A DNA stretch of 64,000 nt from Diadema antillarum (taxonomy: Eukaryota): positions 1,426,001-1,490,000 of the forward strand of contig NW_027271251.1 in NCBI RefSeq assembly GCF_040938485.1, in the 5' to 3' direction. Under the pieces are notes generated by a model. That model made no database searches. It was given only the letters and a program-made list of their open reading frames with translations, and was not told the origin of the DNA. Shown here piece after piece: positions 1 through 14,401 of the stretch (position 1 is the first letter of the stretch; the number at the start of each line of letters is the position of its first letter). Made by a program: the position numbers and the translations under genes.

Positions 1-1812
1 AAAAGACGCAACACGGGGAACCACAAACTTCGTTTCCAACTAACAAGCAAAAAATCTTTGCTTCATGGACAAAGTCAAAGACAGTTTAACTGCGTTGAGT
101 CTTTCTTCCCCACTTTCTGTCTGTTGAAAGTTTCTTTCTTTTTAAAGTGGCAAGTGCGAAGAATGCGTAGAATGTGGATATTAGGGGCCAAAAGTATGCA
201 GGCTTTTGGATCGCATTACTTGCTCTAGATAGATGTCTAAAGGGAAGAAAGGGATTAAAAGTTTGGTTGGGTGTAGTTTTAGGGGACCAAGAGGTCCATC
301 CAAAAGAAGGGAACATGCAGATTATCTCCTGCACGGGATACCACGAATATCTGCGTCTTTGATTTGGAGACCTGAAGCGTAGCAGTGAAAGAAAATACTA
401 CCGGAGTTGAGTAAGGTGTGTGGTTTGTTCTCTTTTGCTCTCTACCCCCTCCCTCTCTCCTTTCTCCCACTCGCGGTTTTCTTTAGTTGATGTTGTTTTT
501 ATATAAGTTTATATTTTACTGGAGTAGTTCAGGGATCTGGCTGACTGAATGTGAATAGAGCTGTCAGACCCGTCAGTTGAGCCTACGCAGGATCTGGTGT
601 TCCTCCCGCACAGCACTGGCGCATACGCAGAGCGCCCATTGCAATTAGTGTAGAGGAGCATATGCTGGCTTCGGCAGAGTCGCGTGTAACTCGTCAGCTG
701 ATCGGTAAAAATTAGGAAACAGTGGCGCAAACATTGCCAAGAGAGTTCAGAATCTTGGGGCTGCTGCCTATTTGAAAGGTATGTCTTTTGCATTTGATCT
801 CTATATAAGGTAGTAAGACATTTAACGTTGTTGAAGTCACTGTTTGGTAGAGATCCCTGATGCTAGTGTCTGGTCAAAAATAGGTAGTAATACCATACAA
901 CATTGCAACATACAGTCAGAATCTGATGTGGCGCACCATCTTGTGTGAGATGGATGAAACATTCAAAAGGCATTCTTTATTCATTCTTTACGTGAAATGA
1001 CAGGCTTGACGTTCGTTGAATCCCAAACAGTGCTAGGCATAATAGGCATGTGTATGTATTTCAGTGGGATATGGCCAACTAACTTGATACAGTTCCAGCT
1101 TGACTATAAACATGGAGGCGTGGTACAAAATGCATTATGTAGGTAAGTTGCCCTTGTTGGGCGATATCGTGTCAGTAGCATTCGTGTTATAACCGATACA
1201 TGTTTCAATCCTCGCTCAATGTTGACTGGGGTGTGTGAGAAGACAAGGAAATACTCTGTGAAAGGTGTGGTGGAGTGTGTATTAAGCGAACGTGACTTTG
1301 TGACGAACATCACCTTTTTGAAAGGCGTAGGTGACAAATGGACGATATGTCTGTCACTACCTGGAGCCTGTCACACGCATTCGAAGCAATGCTTTCCATG
1401 GCGCACAGTTCGTGTCTACCCCTCTCTCCTCCACCTCCCTGACTATATTAAATCAACGAATCACACTTCATGTATTTTATAGAATCTATATAATTATGTA
1501 TGTCTGTTGTGTTTGGAGAAAAGTTTTGAAGTCTTTGATTTTGCATAGACTCATACTATTATACTCAGTTAAGTAGTGTGTTACGTATCCTGCTTATGCG
1601 TATACGTCAAGAAGGCAGAAGAGACAGAGAGAGAGAGAGGAAAAAACGAAATATGTAAAGGGACGATAAATGCTGTTTCTCGTGTCGTCGTCTTATTGAA
1701 ATCAACCCCCATGACAAGATACACAGACGAGCAATACCGCAAACGAAGGGCAACTATATACCATGTAGTAAATGAAATAACAAGCCGAGAGAAGAACACT
1801 GAAGACGCGCGC

Positions 1813-1848
1813 GCACACACACAACACACACACACACACACACACACA
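1813..1848. repeat. (CA)n microsatellite
   Basis: Read directly from the sequence. Confidence 0.9.
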
Positions 1849-4800
1849 TTCATCACCTCTTCACCACAAATGAATAGAGTCTACTGTCGAGGTATGAGTT
1901 CAATACAGATGGGTAACGGTTGAGTTAGTACGACATTTGACTTCTTTCACTGACGGAAGTCCTCATTAACGTTTATTTTACTCATTATTAGGATTGTCTT
2001 TGTTGTTTCTAAGGCTTAAGTGAAAAAGTTTCAAGCACAAAATTTCGAAAGAACAAAACTGAATCTGAATGAACGATTACGTAATTTTCCCAGGATAATC
2101 TTCATCTTCTAGACTGGTAAATTAAATAAAAAACGAAACAAAACAATATGAACAGAAAAGAAAACACTTGCTGAAGACTTGTTGATGACTTGCTAAATTT
2201 GTTCGTGGTGTAGGGTAGTTCTTTCAAAATAATGGAAATTATGTAGGGCAATGACACTTCTCCATCGAAATTAGCCAACCCCCCCCCCCAAAAAAAAAAA
2301 AAAAAAAAAAAAAAGAAAAGAAAAAAAAAGTGGAAGGCCAAACCAATTTGAGTCCTTCCTCAGTGTATTCGTCAATGGAGGAAGTCGTTATAAAATGGGT
2401 ATTATCACTCAATAAGGGCAACAGTAGCAGTTGTTTTTGGAAACCGTATCCCACGGAATGTCAGCATTGTTATAGGTTGCCTGCTAAATATTGTGTCTAG
2501 ATCACCATCTCTCCGTCATACCTTTGATTCATTGTGTGCTGAGAATTGAAATCAACCCGCTCTAAGCGTTTTGATCACAGCTATATCAACGACATAAAAG
2601 TAAAAACAGACAATGCCACTTCGTGCTCTCTCCATGTCCCCCTTCGTTATAGCTCCGGTAAAGATTATTGTCCCATCGCACAAGCAGTGATATGCCGAGT
2701 CTCGATATAGCACGAGGATTACTGATGAAAAACATCGATATCAAAATCAAGACACCACATCTGAAAATGAAACTTCACACCCTCCTTTGTCGCTATCTAG
2801 AGCTTCTGTTAAGCCTAAGCTAAAAAAAAAAATAGCAACAAAATTTATGTGATTAAACGGACATCCAGGCACGGCACGCTGAATTGTATGGCAAACAGAC
2901 TTGGACCTCCAGAGAACGCATTAATGTTTATCCACCAGAATTCAAAGGAATGATAAAGTTGGCAGGGAGCGGCACCACGTCGACAAAGTATAAGATGGTG
3001 GCCTAGCCAGCACTCCTTTTGGTCTCCCAAACAATCAGTGCACAGGCAAATAAAAGGATCTAGGTATTAAAGGAAAGGACGTCTAGTTTTCTCATTCTCA
3101 TTCTCAAATCAAGCAATGTAAAAGGTGATTCTCAGTCTGAATGTGGACAATAGTCTTGCTGGAATGGCTGGTAAGAAGTTAGACTCTGTAGCAAAGATTT
3201 CTTACACTGATATATCCTCAATGAACATCACCAGCCTATGAGCCTATGTAGTCAAAGTGAAAATGATCGGCAACCACGCCCACTCTTCACACCCCCTCTT
3301 AATTTTACACACCACAACATGTCTTTCTGTGAATATTTTCAGCCAGAACAAACTCCTATGAAGTGGTGAAATCATTTTAATTATCTAACTATTCTTCTTT
3401 AGAGTTTGATTGGTCAAATAGATAACAACAGCACACCCTGATGATACAAATAGATGATACAAATAGATGTAAAGCAAATAACGTGAGCTTTTCTGTGGTA
3501 CTCCTACACGCGCATAATCTAATTATTATACAAGACATACGTATATACACGCAAGGAAAGTGCAGTGCCCCCTAGTTTAAAATTGACTTTATTAAACAGA
3601 ATGAAGAAAATAGTTGTGGTTTTATCAGAAGTGTGCATGTATACGTTTTTTTTATGTTGTAGTTTTGCATGTCTTGACTGACTAACTAACAGTGATATTG
3701 ATTGCAACGGCTTAATGAAATTGAATGAAGTGCATAATGCCATCACCTCCAAACTCTCCCATTGCTTCAAAAAAATTTTAAAAAGCATATTTTCGTCGAT
3801 AATCTAACAGCTGCAATCCGTCCCTATCTTAATATCATTATTACAATAATAATTTAATGCGAAGGGATATATATGTATTTTTTTTTTTCATAAACGAAGG
3901 AACTTTATATTTTTCTCCAGACTGGCGACTTGTGAAGTGATGATATTGTTACTTCATGTAATATGCATGAATTATGTGGTTTGTGACCAACATTGATTGT
4001 CTCGTGAAAACACGTAAAACTCTTTAATTTCATAACTTTCTTGTTTTATACCCACTTTAGATGAATCTCCAAGTAATATGCTTATATTAGATTTATTCTA
4101 TTCATTACTACCAAGACTTGTAAACGTTGCTCTTTAAAAGTTCAACTGAGCAGAACTTCGCTCCAGGAAAGAGGGAAGGTCCAATGCATTCTGAGAAAGG
4201 TACGAAATGATCAATTAATTCTTTGGGAAGGCCGATCCCACTGTCACGGTGTATTTAACAAGCTTAAAATACTGTTTGTAAGCGAAGCCAAAGTCGATCT
4301 TCTCTTCCCAAGACCGCTCCACCGAGCCTAACGGGTAAATCTCATACCAATAGCTTCGATTCTATACCCACACTTTCTGTCTATCACCCATGACTGAATT
4401 TTATTTGATCTTCGCCTCCCGATTCACCCTTGATTGGACCTTGACAGTGCTTTCATGTCAGAGTCAGTCACAATTGCAATCGCCATGTACAGTTCCTTTG
4501 TTGAGATTCACGTTACCACGAACTTAAATTATAGCGGCCATTTGCACATATACCGCCAGACGATCCACTATTGAGTCGAAGGAGATTGAAATGAATGTAA
4601 AGAGGGTGTGTTTCTTTAATTTGGAAGCTTGCCGACGTGTTCGTCGATTATCAAAACAGAGTGCCTCTACACTTGAAATTGACAAAATTATCCCTCACAT
4701 TTGTAAAACGTCAACAAACAGAGCAGCACGCAACATTTTTTTACGGCATTTCATGGAGCGTCTGTAATTCGCATGTAGCTTATTATGACCTAATTGTTGC

Positions 4801-7800
4801 ACGATGAGCCCGAAGGGATAATTATACATTTGGGCTCAATGTTGTATAACGGGTGGGTTACATGATCCACGTCAACCTGCTGTCCTTGTTGAAATGGACA
4901 AATAAGGAAAAGCTGTTAGGACAGCCATTATCAAATTATGATGATCACCACGATAAACTCGATTATCTTCCTAGTCTGTTCAAGAAGTACCCAGGAAGCG
5001 TCCCCTAACAAGTGTTTCTCTCGCTTTGTCTTGTGCCCATGGAATAGTGTAGACTACAGGCTCATTTCATAGAGCGGTTGACAATATCATTGTTACATGA
5101 CTACAGTTTGCATCGCAACAGATTAGTGTTGAGCTTTTTTTTGTGTGTTTTTTTCCCAGCTATTGTCATTGTAACTGCAACAATAAACCTGTTGAAACAG
5201 AGTTTTAAGTAAATGGATGAAAATCGTGCGCTTTGCAAATACGAGCTTTTATATATGATAACTGGTTGACAATGATTATTATCACAGAATAATTCGTATT
5301 CACTAACAAAAAGACATGCCAGGATATACAGTCGTGTTAGAGGTAGAACCCCGGCGGTCATTGACCTGTTCAACCTTCTCCTCAGCTGTGCTATTGTTTA
5401 CTCTATATGCGAGTATTGATTTTGCTGTTTTCCTCAGTATTACAACCTTTACTGACATCGCTTAAAGAAACGTAACAGAGTCCTTCATCTTCCCTTCAAC
5501 ACAAGCCGATTAAAGTGCCCTGCTTTCTACTTTCCGTGGCAATGGCCGTCTTCGTAAGATCCACGGCTGAAAAGGTCATGAATATGATGTGAGTGTCGAC
5601 ATCATTGTAGGCCTACATAATGGCAGTGTTTGATATTTTATTGATGTCGTCGAAGAATAGTATTACGTTCTGTCCACAAGTGGGAAATTCAACTCTTTAT
5701 TCGTTGGATTTACATGATGTGATGTGAGCATTGTAATTTTTTACCACTGCCATTTTCAACCATCTCCAGCTTTCTGCATTTTTCCCTTCTGACTTCCCTT
5801 CCACACGACTGCTTTCCCGTTCTCGAAGTCTTAGTAATGTCTCTTTCGCCGACTTTCCCCGTCTGTCTTCTCTCTCTTTGAACAAGTTCTTTTTCTTCTC
5901 TTTTTTTTTTTTCTCTCCGATCCTTTTTTCTTGTCACATGGGCGTGGAATCGTCCTTCGTCTGCACTCGCTATTCATTTCCATTGGTTTGTATTTTGGAG
6001 ACAGACGAAACCTTGTATGTCAACAGAGACGATGTTGTCGTTTGATCGCACCTGAATCCTACTCCAAATCGTGCCTGATGTATACCCGAAGAATAGGTAT
6101 ACAGACATGATTTTATTTCGATTTGAGACTGTGCTGTTGAGTGAAATATGAACGCTCGCCACATGCAACATATGTCAAGGGAGGAAAATCAATATTTGTT
6201 CCACTTTTTCTTTCCCTTCGGCAAATAACACGCTAATTGGAATTACGAGTATTCAAATGGGTTTGTCTTTGTAGAATAGGATTGGAAGAAATTTTCAGGA
6301 AGAAAAGTAATGAAATTCAATAATATGGTGTTGAGTAATGGTATGATTATGATTTAGAGTCTAAAGCACGGGTTATAAAGCAGAAGAACGTGTGTCTCGG
6401 ATATGTAAGGACATACTGCAGTGTGCGGGTGATGGGTTCCATGTACCGTTGATTAGTATATTCAATGAAGAGTGTCCTGAGGGGAAAGATCATACGAGAG
6501 TACTTCTGTCAGACACAAGATATGGACTAGAAAAGAGCGCTAGCAGGGGCAAGCTGCAATCGGTGCTCTGATCGTGGGCCATTAGCGGGTCCCCTAGTCT
6601 TGCTCGGCTTAACTATCTCTTTAATTCGTATCTCGTGCCCTCTGGTTCCTCATAAACATCATCGTTATGCAATGCAAATAATGATAAAAACAACAACTGC
6701 GGTTTCTTATGGCCTCGTGAAGATGATCTGACTGGCTGTGTGCGATGTTAACCTTCAGGAAGCGGCGTTCCGTGCCCCGACGTAGGTCTTCAAGGAGTGA
6801 AAAGAGGAGGGGAAAGCTTTCAAAACTTTCTGCCAGTATTCTTTGGCTATCGTTAATCCAAATCTGAAGGGCATTTTTCGTCTGAGAAGAGACAACACGA
6901 AGGGCGATTTTCTAAGAGCACGGACAATTCGCAAAGGACCCTTTGAGTGCTTGTAAATGTGCTCCAGGGACATACAGACACTATTTCTTGATGTGCACAG
7001 TATTCCCGGTATTATGTAGCATGTTGTTTGTCCGTCTATACTTGAGTCTTTTGTGGTTATGTGATGCCAGCAATGGTTTCTTTCCTCCAGTGTTATCATG
7101 CAAGGTCTACATGAGACAGAAATCATGAATCAACTCCCACCTCCATTATTGTTGGTCTGTGGAATGGTCTTACAGCTGAGGCGGTCACAACTTCTGAGAG
7201 GTCTTCGCGCATTGGTCTCGAATCATTGCACTCCCGAAGTTCTGCTAGCAACGGATTCGAAGCAATCACTGCTCATAATCTGAAAGTTGGTATCTGTACA
7301 TGCCTATGTGTAGAAGACAAGACGCAATATTTCACTGAAATCGAAAGAACTGCTATTTTCCTCGATTTGGCAGCGTGCCGGAGGAAGTGACAAACTTTAT
7401 TTGTGTGGCATGATGTAAATTTTCACAGCCGAGCAAATACAATACGTGCTCGGGTCATCTTGGAACGGCCTGACGGGTAGAAGTATCATACGACCCGAGG
7501 AAAAGAGAATACATTCTACATTCCTGGTTGTGCTGCTTCTTTTCGAGTATTTTGATGTCTTGTGACAGTTGTTTCTTTCGAACTGAGAGAAAAAGAGGAA
7601 TAGTTGACCCCTGAAAATTGTGCTCAGTGTGAGCTTAGTCGGCCCACGGTCAACCTCATGCTCGTTCAGTAGTAGGCCCATACCGAGGTATTCGCACTAA
7701 ACTCGGCAACTCGGGAACAGCTATAACACACGGACACGCCCAGCCTCTGTCAAATGACATGGAAACGGCTGATATTCAGGTACATCTCAACACCTACCAC

Positions 7801-10800
7801 TTTTTCTCTCCTAACCTCCTCCTCCTCCTCCTCCTCCTCTTCCGTTTCCTTTCTCTCTCAAGCATACTCGCGAGGATAGAATTCCACAACAGATGATGAT
7901 CTATTATCTCTGGGTCTATCCTGAATAATTGTGATTAAATATAAATTGATAAATGATCAGCGAAACGACAAGTCAAGAAACCCATCACCTCTCGCAGGCC
8001 TGTCGGCGTTTTGGTGCGTCACATTTCTAAACCCCTTAGTACGAGAGTCTGCAGTATATTTTGAACAAGCAAAGGAAAATTTGTTGTTTGACCAACACTT
8101 CCGTTATCCCATAATGAAATGCATTTTTTATAATGGTGTGAATAGATGAAGAAAAAGAAAAGGACTCGAACTTAGAGACAGGGCGTGTATGGTATGTGTT
8201 TTCTTTTTCTAAAGTCATCAAACAAGAAGCCAAAAAAGTACAAATATTTGTCGTGGCAAAATATTGTGCAAACATCGCAGAGTTCATGATAATGAAGATC
8301 TCTGAATTTACACTGAATGGCGTTACATATTTGTATTGTCCAAGAGGGTACTAAAGGCAAAAAAATGGTAATGATAACATAATCTGATACTGTCGACGAC
8401 ATGGCAGCGAGTTTGAAGAGTAGACACTTATCCTTACCTTTGGAATACGTGCAGGTCTGTCTGGGAAACGAAGTTATTTCGCGGATGCATGTAGGCAGAA
8501 ATGTTTGGTAAAGTTCAAAAGTTGATGTTGTTTTTCGTCGTTCTTGCGGGAGACAAGGGTATTGTCAGTCATCCGGAAGCAAATTCAGCACAAAGTCGGC
8601 ACCCTGATGAGTCTTGAATGTCATTGAATAATTGTACAATGCCAGTCTTTGTGTGGGTCTATTGTCTATATGTGTGTATGCTATGCGTACGCGTGTGTGG
8701 GCGCTGAATAGGCCACAGTTTTAGGATAACCTTTGTGATGACATAAATGATAGTATGTTACATCCTCTATATGACAGTAGCTTACATGCATGTGGTCAGA
8801 TTTGTTAAAGCGGATCGTCACGGGCGATGAACAACAAATTTTCTGATTGCGCTGATGAAAGGGAACCGTATCACGATACATCTAAAGTGTATTGTATTAC
8901 TGCCACTGAGCTTTGTGGTGACAACGACGTCATTTCTAAATGATCGTATCTTTGCCATAGTTTCTGAAACTTCCGCGTCGAAAAAAAGGCATCCACGCAA
9001 CTAAATTCAATATAATATCGTGAGGAAAGTACACACGAATCTACAGCCTAGTTGTGAAATGCAATAATTCTGAGGCATGTGGCTTCGGGCGTGGCGGGGT
9101 GAAAGTGCACCGACTGAGGGGTAGGCTCCTACTCGTTTCTTTAAGGTATCCCTGCTCTCCGTTTTACAACACTATGGTGGAGATCACTTTGCTTTGACGA
9201 AATGAAAATGAAACCAAAAAAATGTGAACAGGAAATGTAACTGTTCATATATCACCTTTGAAGATATAAACTCCGTCGAGTACTAGTAGTTGCATTCGTG
9301 CTGAGGGGCTACGTCACTATTTGCAGTGTGTGCAGGGCTGTTAAGTGTAAATCGAAAGGAGTATGTTGTGGAGTTTGTGTATCTGTTTTCACATGATACA
9401 CGTTGGATGTGGGTTGAGTCCGCACGTCCCACCGATTAGGTGGATTTACGCACAAATCACTCTCTTCTGACACATAATGCTTTAAAGGACACACTATATC
9501 CAAACGCTGCGGTTGGCAAAATAGATACATTTCACCGACATAACATTTTTTCGATAACATCCATTCAGCTAATGACATCAACTTTTCCATGGCCGTTATC
9601 AACTGCTGTAGGGCATAAAAACGATCAGCCCATGCTAACATGTGGCATAGAATATACGTCACCGCAAAAGTATGCAGGGCTTTTCGGCGTGTGTTCACTG
9701 GTCTGCAGAAGATTCATGTAACTTGCATTGGTATAAGATGGTGACTCCAAGAATAAGATGACTATTGAAGTGTCAGACATCTCGACTAAATTTCCTATCT
9801 CCCGCTAGACATGTAGGATGCACTCCTACACAGATTACTATCATCATGTCGATTTTTTTTTCTCGATAATACAATGAAGCGAGATATGGACAAACCCCAC
9901 TGAAACAAGTTTGTACCCACACTAAACCAAAGTGACCAACCTCTATCAAAATGCTTACAACATCGATTTACGTACCTCCGTAGTTCTGAGGGCGGCATCC
10001 TCTTCATTATGCTCATCGGGTTCCTATACTTGGAAAACTCTTCATTTTCTCTGTCGTGTATCCTCATTATGATGTCTCCATAAATGATCTCTCCTGATGT
10101 TTTCTTGTAAACATTTTGTTGTTTTGTTTGGTAGAATGCTCTTTTTGTCATCTGTTTCACTTTAAGGAGAGTTTGTTATCGTGCCTTCTACTTTCATCGC
10201 ATATTTATTGGCTTTCACTTTAGAAAAAAAAAACTTTCTTCGTACTTGCTCTTTTGCGTCACTCACGAGTCACCTTGTCACTGGTGTTGCCGATAATGCT
10301 AAAAGTAGGTACGTTATATGAGTGACCGTTGAGTTACATGAGTTACGTAATATACCTTTCCAAACTGGACTACCCAGTTGATCCGAACATGGAACTGCTA
10401 GTAGCTCCACAATCTGAAGATGTAGCCTGCTTTAACACGTTCTTGGTGTTGGTGAAATATAGCTGGAGTGGTGGCCAAGGGGAAGGATGGCTGGTGTCCT
10501 CCTCTTTCTTGCAATTGTTGCATCATGAAGGAGGTTTGCACCACCGCGAGTGTGATTGGCACAAAACTGCATTTAACATCGGTTCGGATTGCTGCTCCCT
10601 GTACCCACAAACTACATACATTACCATTACTTTTTGTGGTATGAATGGTAATTATGGTTACATTTCACGCCTACGCCATCTAGCCCACGTTCGTGGTCTC
10701 ACACATCTTCATTGGGGTTGGTTTGTGCGCGAGGAGAAGTAAACATACATCACGAACTCATAAAGCTGGAGGTTGAAAAGATATGACCTTTGCTCCCAAG

Positions 10801-13719
10801 AGGGAGAGAGGGAGAGAAACAGACAGACAGACAGACAGAGGGAAAGAGAGAGAGAGATGAATGGGGAATGGAGTTGGAGGAAGATGTATTCTCATTCTCA
10901 ACTCACGTTACGACGGACTCTGAAAGGAGAAGGAAATACAGTTAATGTGGCATCAGAGCGTCATAACAAGTGATACCTGGCACGGACTACATGAATCAGT
11001 CCCAAGCCCATGCAGAGATGATGCATTGCATGATGTGCAAACTATCAACGTTCAAACGAGAACCGTCAAATTGCTGTGTAAAACATGATACAAGGTTGTC
11101 AGCCTCATCTTCTTGTTTGTTTGTTTGTTTGTTTGTGTGTGTAAGTGTGTGTGTGTGTGTGTGTGAGGGAGAGAGGGAAAGAATTATTTCGCATTTCGCT
11201 GCAAAGTCATAAGTACGAGAGCATCAGGATCTCTGGTTGGGTTAATGAACGATGTGAAATAATTTGCTATCAATTAGGCCAATCTTTGAGAATATGGGAA
11301 TGAAGATGTTTGATATGCACTTGTCGAATGTTCTGTCATTCTAAAAACTGATGCCGTCTGAAAGAGATGAGAGCACTGTCATGATTTTTGTTCTTTCTTT
11401 TTGCATGTTTGTCCTGGGGATTGAGAGAACAGGCTGAGCAAATGTTTGTCTTGTGTGGTTCTGTTTGCTCGGTCGCGATCTCGGATGAAATCCTGTTTGA
11501 GAGTCGAGATCTTGTTTGAAAATTATATAGGTGACAACGATTGTAAACACAACACAAGAGGCCCCTTTTCTTTCTCCTCATACATAGCCCTCCTCTCACA
11601 CAGCATCTTAATGTAGAAATGTGAAAACACATGTACGGTCATGATGAAACACATTCAACACCAAGGAAGTCATTGATTCAGGACACGCCCCTCCGCTACA
11701 GGTCATCTCACAGAAATACACAGACTAAGCAAGGGACAACTGCATTAATTATTTACTTTAGTTTGTTGTCTTTTCATTAGTGCGGACTTCATAATGCACA
11801 CCGTGTCTGACCGTGGTTCTCTTTTCATTGTCTGTTGGGGGAAAAAACAGATGTGAAACAAGTTTTAGAGCACATCTATGATATGAATTACATTATCATA
11901 ACCCCAGCTTGTCATTGGTTTGTTGTTGTTGTTGTTTTTTTATTTATATAACCACTTAAAAAAGCATGTACCAAACCAGTACCAAAGTACCAAACAAGTC
12001 TGCTTAATAAGTGATAGGCTTGATTATTTTATCAAATTTCACATTTTTCGTTTCGCCCTTTTTTTTTTAGTGTAAACGTCATCCCATTTGGCAAACTACC
12101 TTGCAAATATGCGACATGCAAAGAATCACAAACTACAGGACGAAAACGGTCATACCTAGAGGCCGAAATATGGCCACGCAATGAATCGTTTTCTGACTTT
12201 ATTTACATATATTCTTTTCCATAATATCTGAATTTGGGTGAGCAGTAAATCTGCTCACTTTCTCCTGATTTATTCCCCATTGATCAATTGCTTGCGGCAA
12301 TAGACGTTTTCGAAGATTTTTCCGACACTTTCATCAGCCGAAAATAATGATAAGCTAAGGAGTGAATGAAGAGGCAGGTCCCTACTTTAATTCGTGGCTC
12401 ATTATCCCAACCTAATTTTTGTAACATTGAGCGTTTCCTGTATGTGGGGTTGTTTTGTCACGCTTGTCCATGCCTCGCTGCTGTTAAATGTGTGTGGGTG
12501 TGTGTGTTTGTGTGTGGATTCGTGTGTTTGTGTGTGTAATCTTGAGCAGTTGTTTGGGGCACATGCATTCATGACGCCAGACAGCGTGCAGACATGTTCG
12601 AGGTGTCCCGCTGTGAGGGCTCATCCTTGTTTCACGTGTGCCTGTGCCTCTTCTCTTTCTTTCCCCTACGCCTTACTCATATTCTGTTGTCATGGAAACG
12701 GCATCGACTCGCTGGCCAAAACAGATATTGACTTCGCCATGTTGAGTTTTAAAGAATTTGGAACTTAAACAAGCTTTGGTTGTTGATTAATCATGTCACT
12801 ATAGTTACCCAAATGAGCAATGCAGACCCACATTGTATTACATGGAGACAAAGCTCTGAGAAAGAGGTGACAATTTTCTATGGTAACATCCCTCGATATA
12901 GGCTTTTGTAGATGTTCAGATACTCGGAAGAGGTTTTTACACTCGTCAGTGCGAATTAACACTTCTACACGTTTGATATGGATATGGTAGGGAAGCAGTG
13001 ATCACATTGGGTTCTTTTTCGTTCGACATGCACCTTACTCCATTTTAGTTGGTGCTTGTTTGACGGACGTCTAGCAATGCCATTAAAGTCGTGAAGTTTT
13101 ATACGTCTGCATTGAGTCGATCTATTGTTGGAGTGTGTAAACAAAGGCTAGTCATCGCAGCTCTCCGTGTTTCTTCCTCTCTATCTATCCCCCCGTTTCT
13201 CCGTGCTGCATTGTCTTCAATGTTTGATTTCTGCTTAGTCTGTATGTTGGCTGCACAAGGAAGTGCAGCTCCAACGCCTTGTCTGCCAGAAAGGTTGAGG
13301 TTCACGTGTGAGATCTTCCGCGTCTGTGTCTGTGGGATGCAGCTCAAGCTCCTCTTGTGATCCGGGATGTTGAGTTTTGTGAATCGTTTTGTCGCGCTCT
13401 ATTGTCGGATGGATTGTCTGCATGATCAAAATCTAGACACTGAGTAGCAAAATGTTCACGATTTCAGAAGTTTGGTAAGTTTGTAAAAGTTTTGAACTGT
13501 CGAGTGTATACATGCACTAATATGCGTATGTGCATAAAGGTGTGTGAAGTATGGCAATTTGCTTGTGGTTGCGATATGTTTTTGTGTAGTGAACTGAGAA
13601 CATTTTACTCGTATATAAGATATCTAGCTGTAGCGGTATTTGAGTTTGGCTAGCCAAACTGGGATTGAATTGACTCTGGCGAGGTCGCCTGCCTCGCACC
13701 AATACATTTTCTATTGAAT

Positions 13720-14103
13720 GTGCATTGTGAAAGGAGCCCCCTCGAAACGATTTGAATGCCTATTGTTTGTGCGCACAGGCTTGCTCAGTGGGCTTAGCGA
13801 TGCCCCTCCTTGCTCGCTCTGGCCCGTTTTCCTCTCCCCCGCACTAACCTCGCTTCTCTCGTTTGTTCTACGCACTATTGGCAGGTCTACGAGGGCTGTG
13901 AAAACTCGCGGTAGTCCCGCTCAGTCCTGATCGCACTCTCACTCGACTTTTCCACCGAGAGTCACTCGATTTGCAACAAAGTGCCAAGGACACTGACAGA
14001 CACACGAACACATCTTCACCCACCATTGGACGCCAGGGCGACTCGGGAAGTCACTCATCAAGAGTTCTACATGCTGTAAGTTTGGAACAGCCAACCGCAC
14101 AGC
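13720..14103 (+). promoter_or_regulatory. Candidate promoter and 5' UTR of the AHNAK-like gene
   Basis: CpG-rich stretch before exon 1, with a reverse CCAAT (ATTGG 13877-13881) and an Inr-like TCAGTC (13921-13926). These motifs are short and could occur by chance. Confidence 0.3.
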
Positions 14104-14401
14104 ATGGGGAATAAGGCCTCTGCCTCGGCGAGCATAAGCGTCGAGGCATCGGCTGAGGCCGATGTGGCGGCGGGGGAGCCAGTGAAGAAGAAGAGGCGCC
14201 TCAGTTTCAACCGCGTCCTCAATGCCTCATTCCGTCGATCAGGCCGGGGTCGACGGAGTAAGCGCAAAGCAGGACGCAGTGACGAAGGGGGCGCTAAAAT
14301 CAGCGTTGGAGCCGAGGCACCGAAAGTCGACATGGACATCGGAACGCCAGACAGCACTAAAATCGGAGTGGGCGGCAACCTCGGTTTGGGGGCAAATGCT
14401 G
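14104..14401 (+). CDS. Coding exon 1 of the AHNAK-like gene (MGNKASASAS...LGANAG), with an N-myristoylation signal and a basic cluster
   Basis: ATG is in good context (AGCATGG), with an in-frame stop upstream at 14077-14079. The region is CpG-rich. The peptide (EAPKVDMDIG, GVGGNLGLGANAG) matches the composition of the giant exon. The donor G|gtaagc at 14402 is phase 1. Confidence 0.75.

Noticed and set aside
6755-7283. ORFs of 123, 61 and 61 aa upstream of the gene
   Set aside because: No homology I can recognise and no exon-like boundaries.
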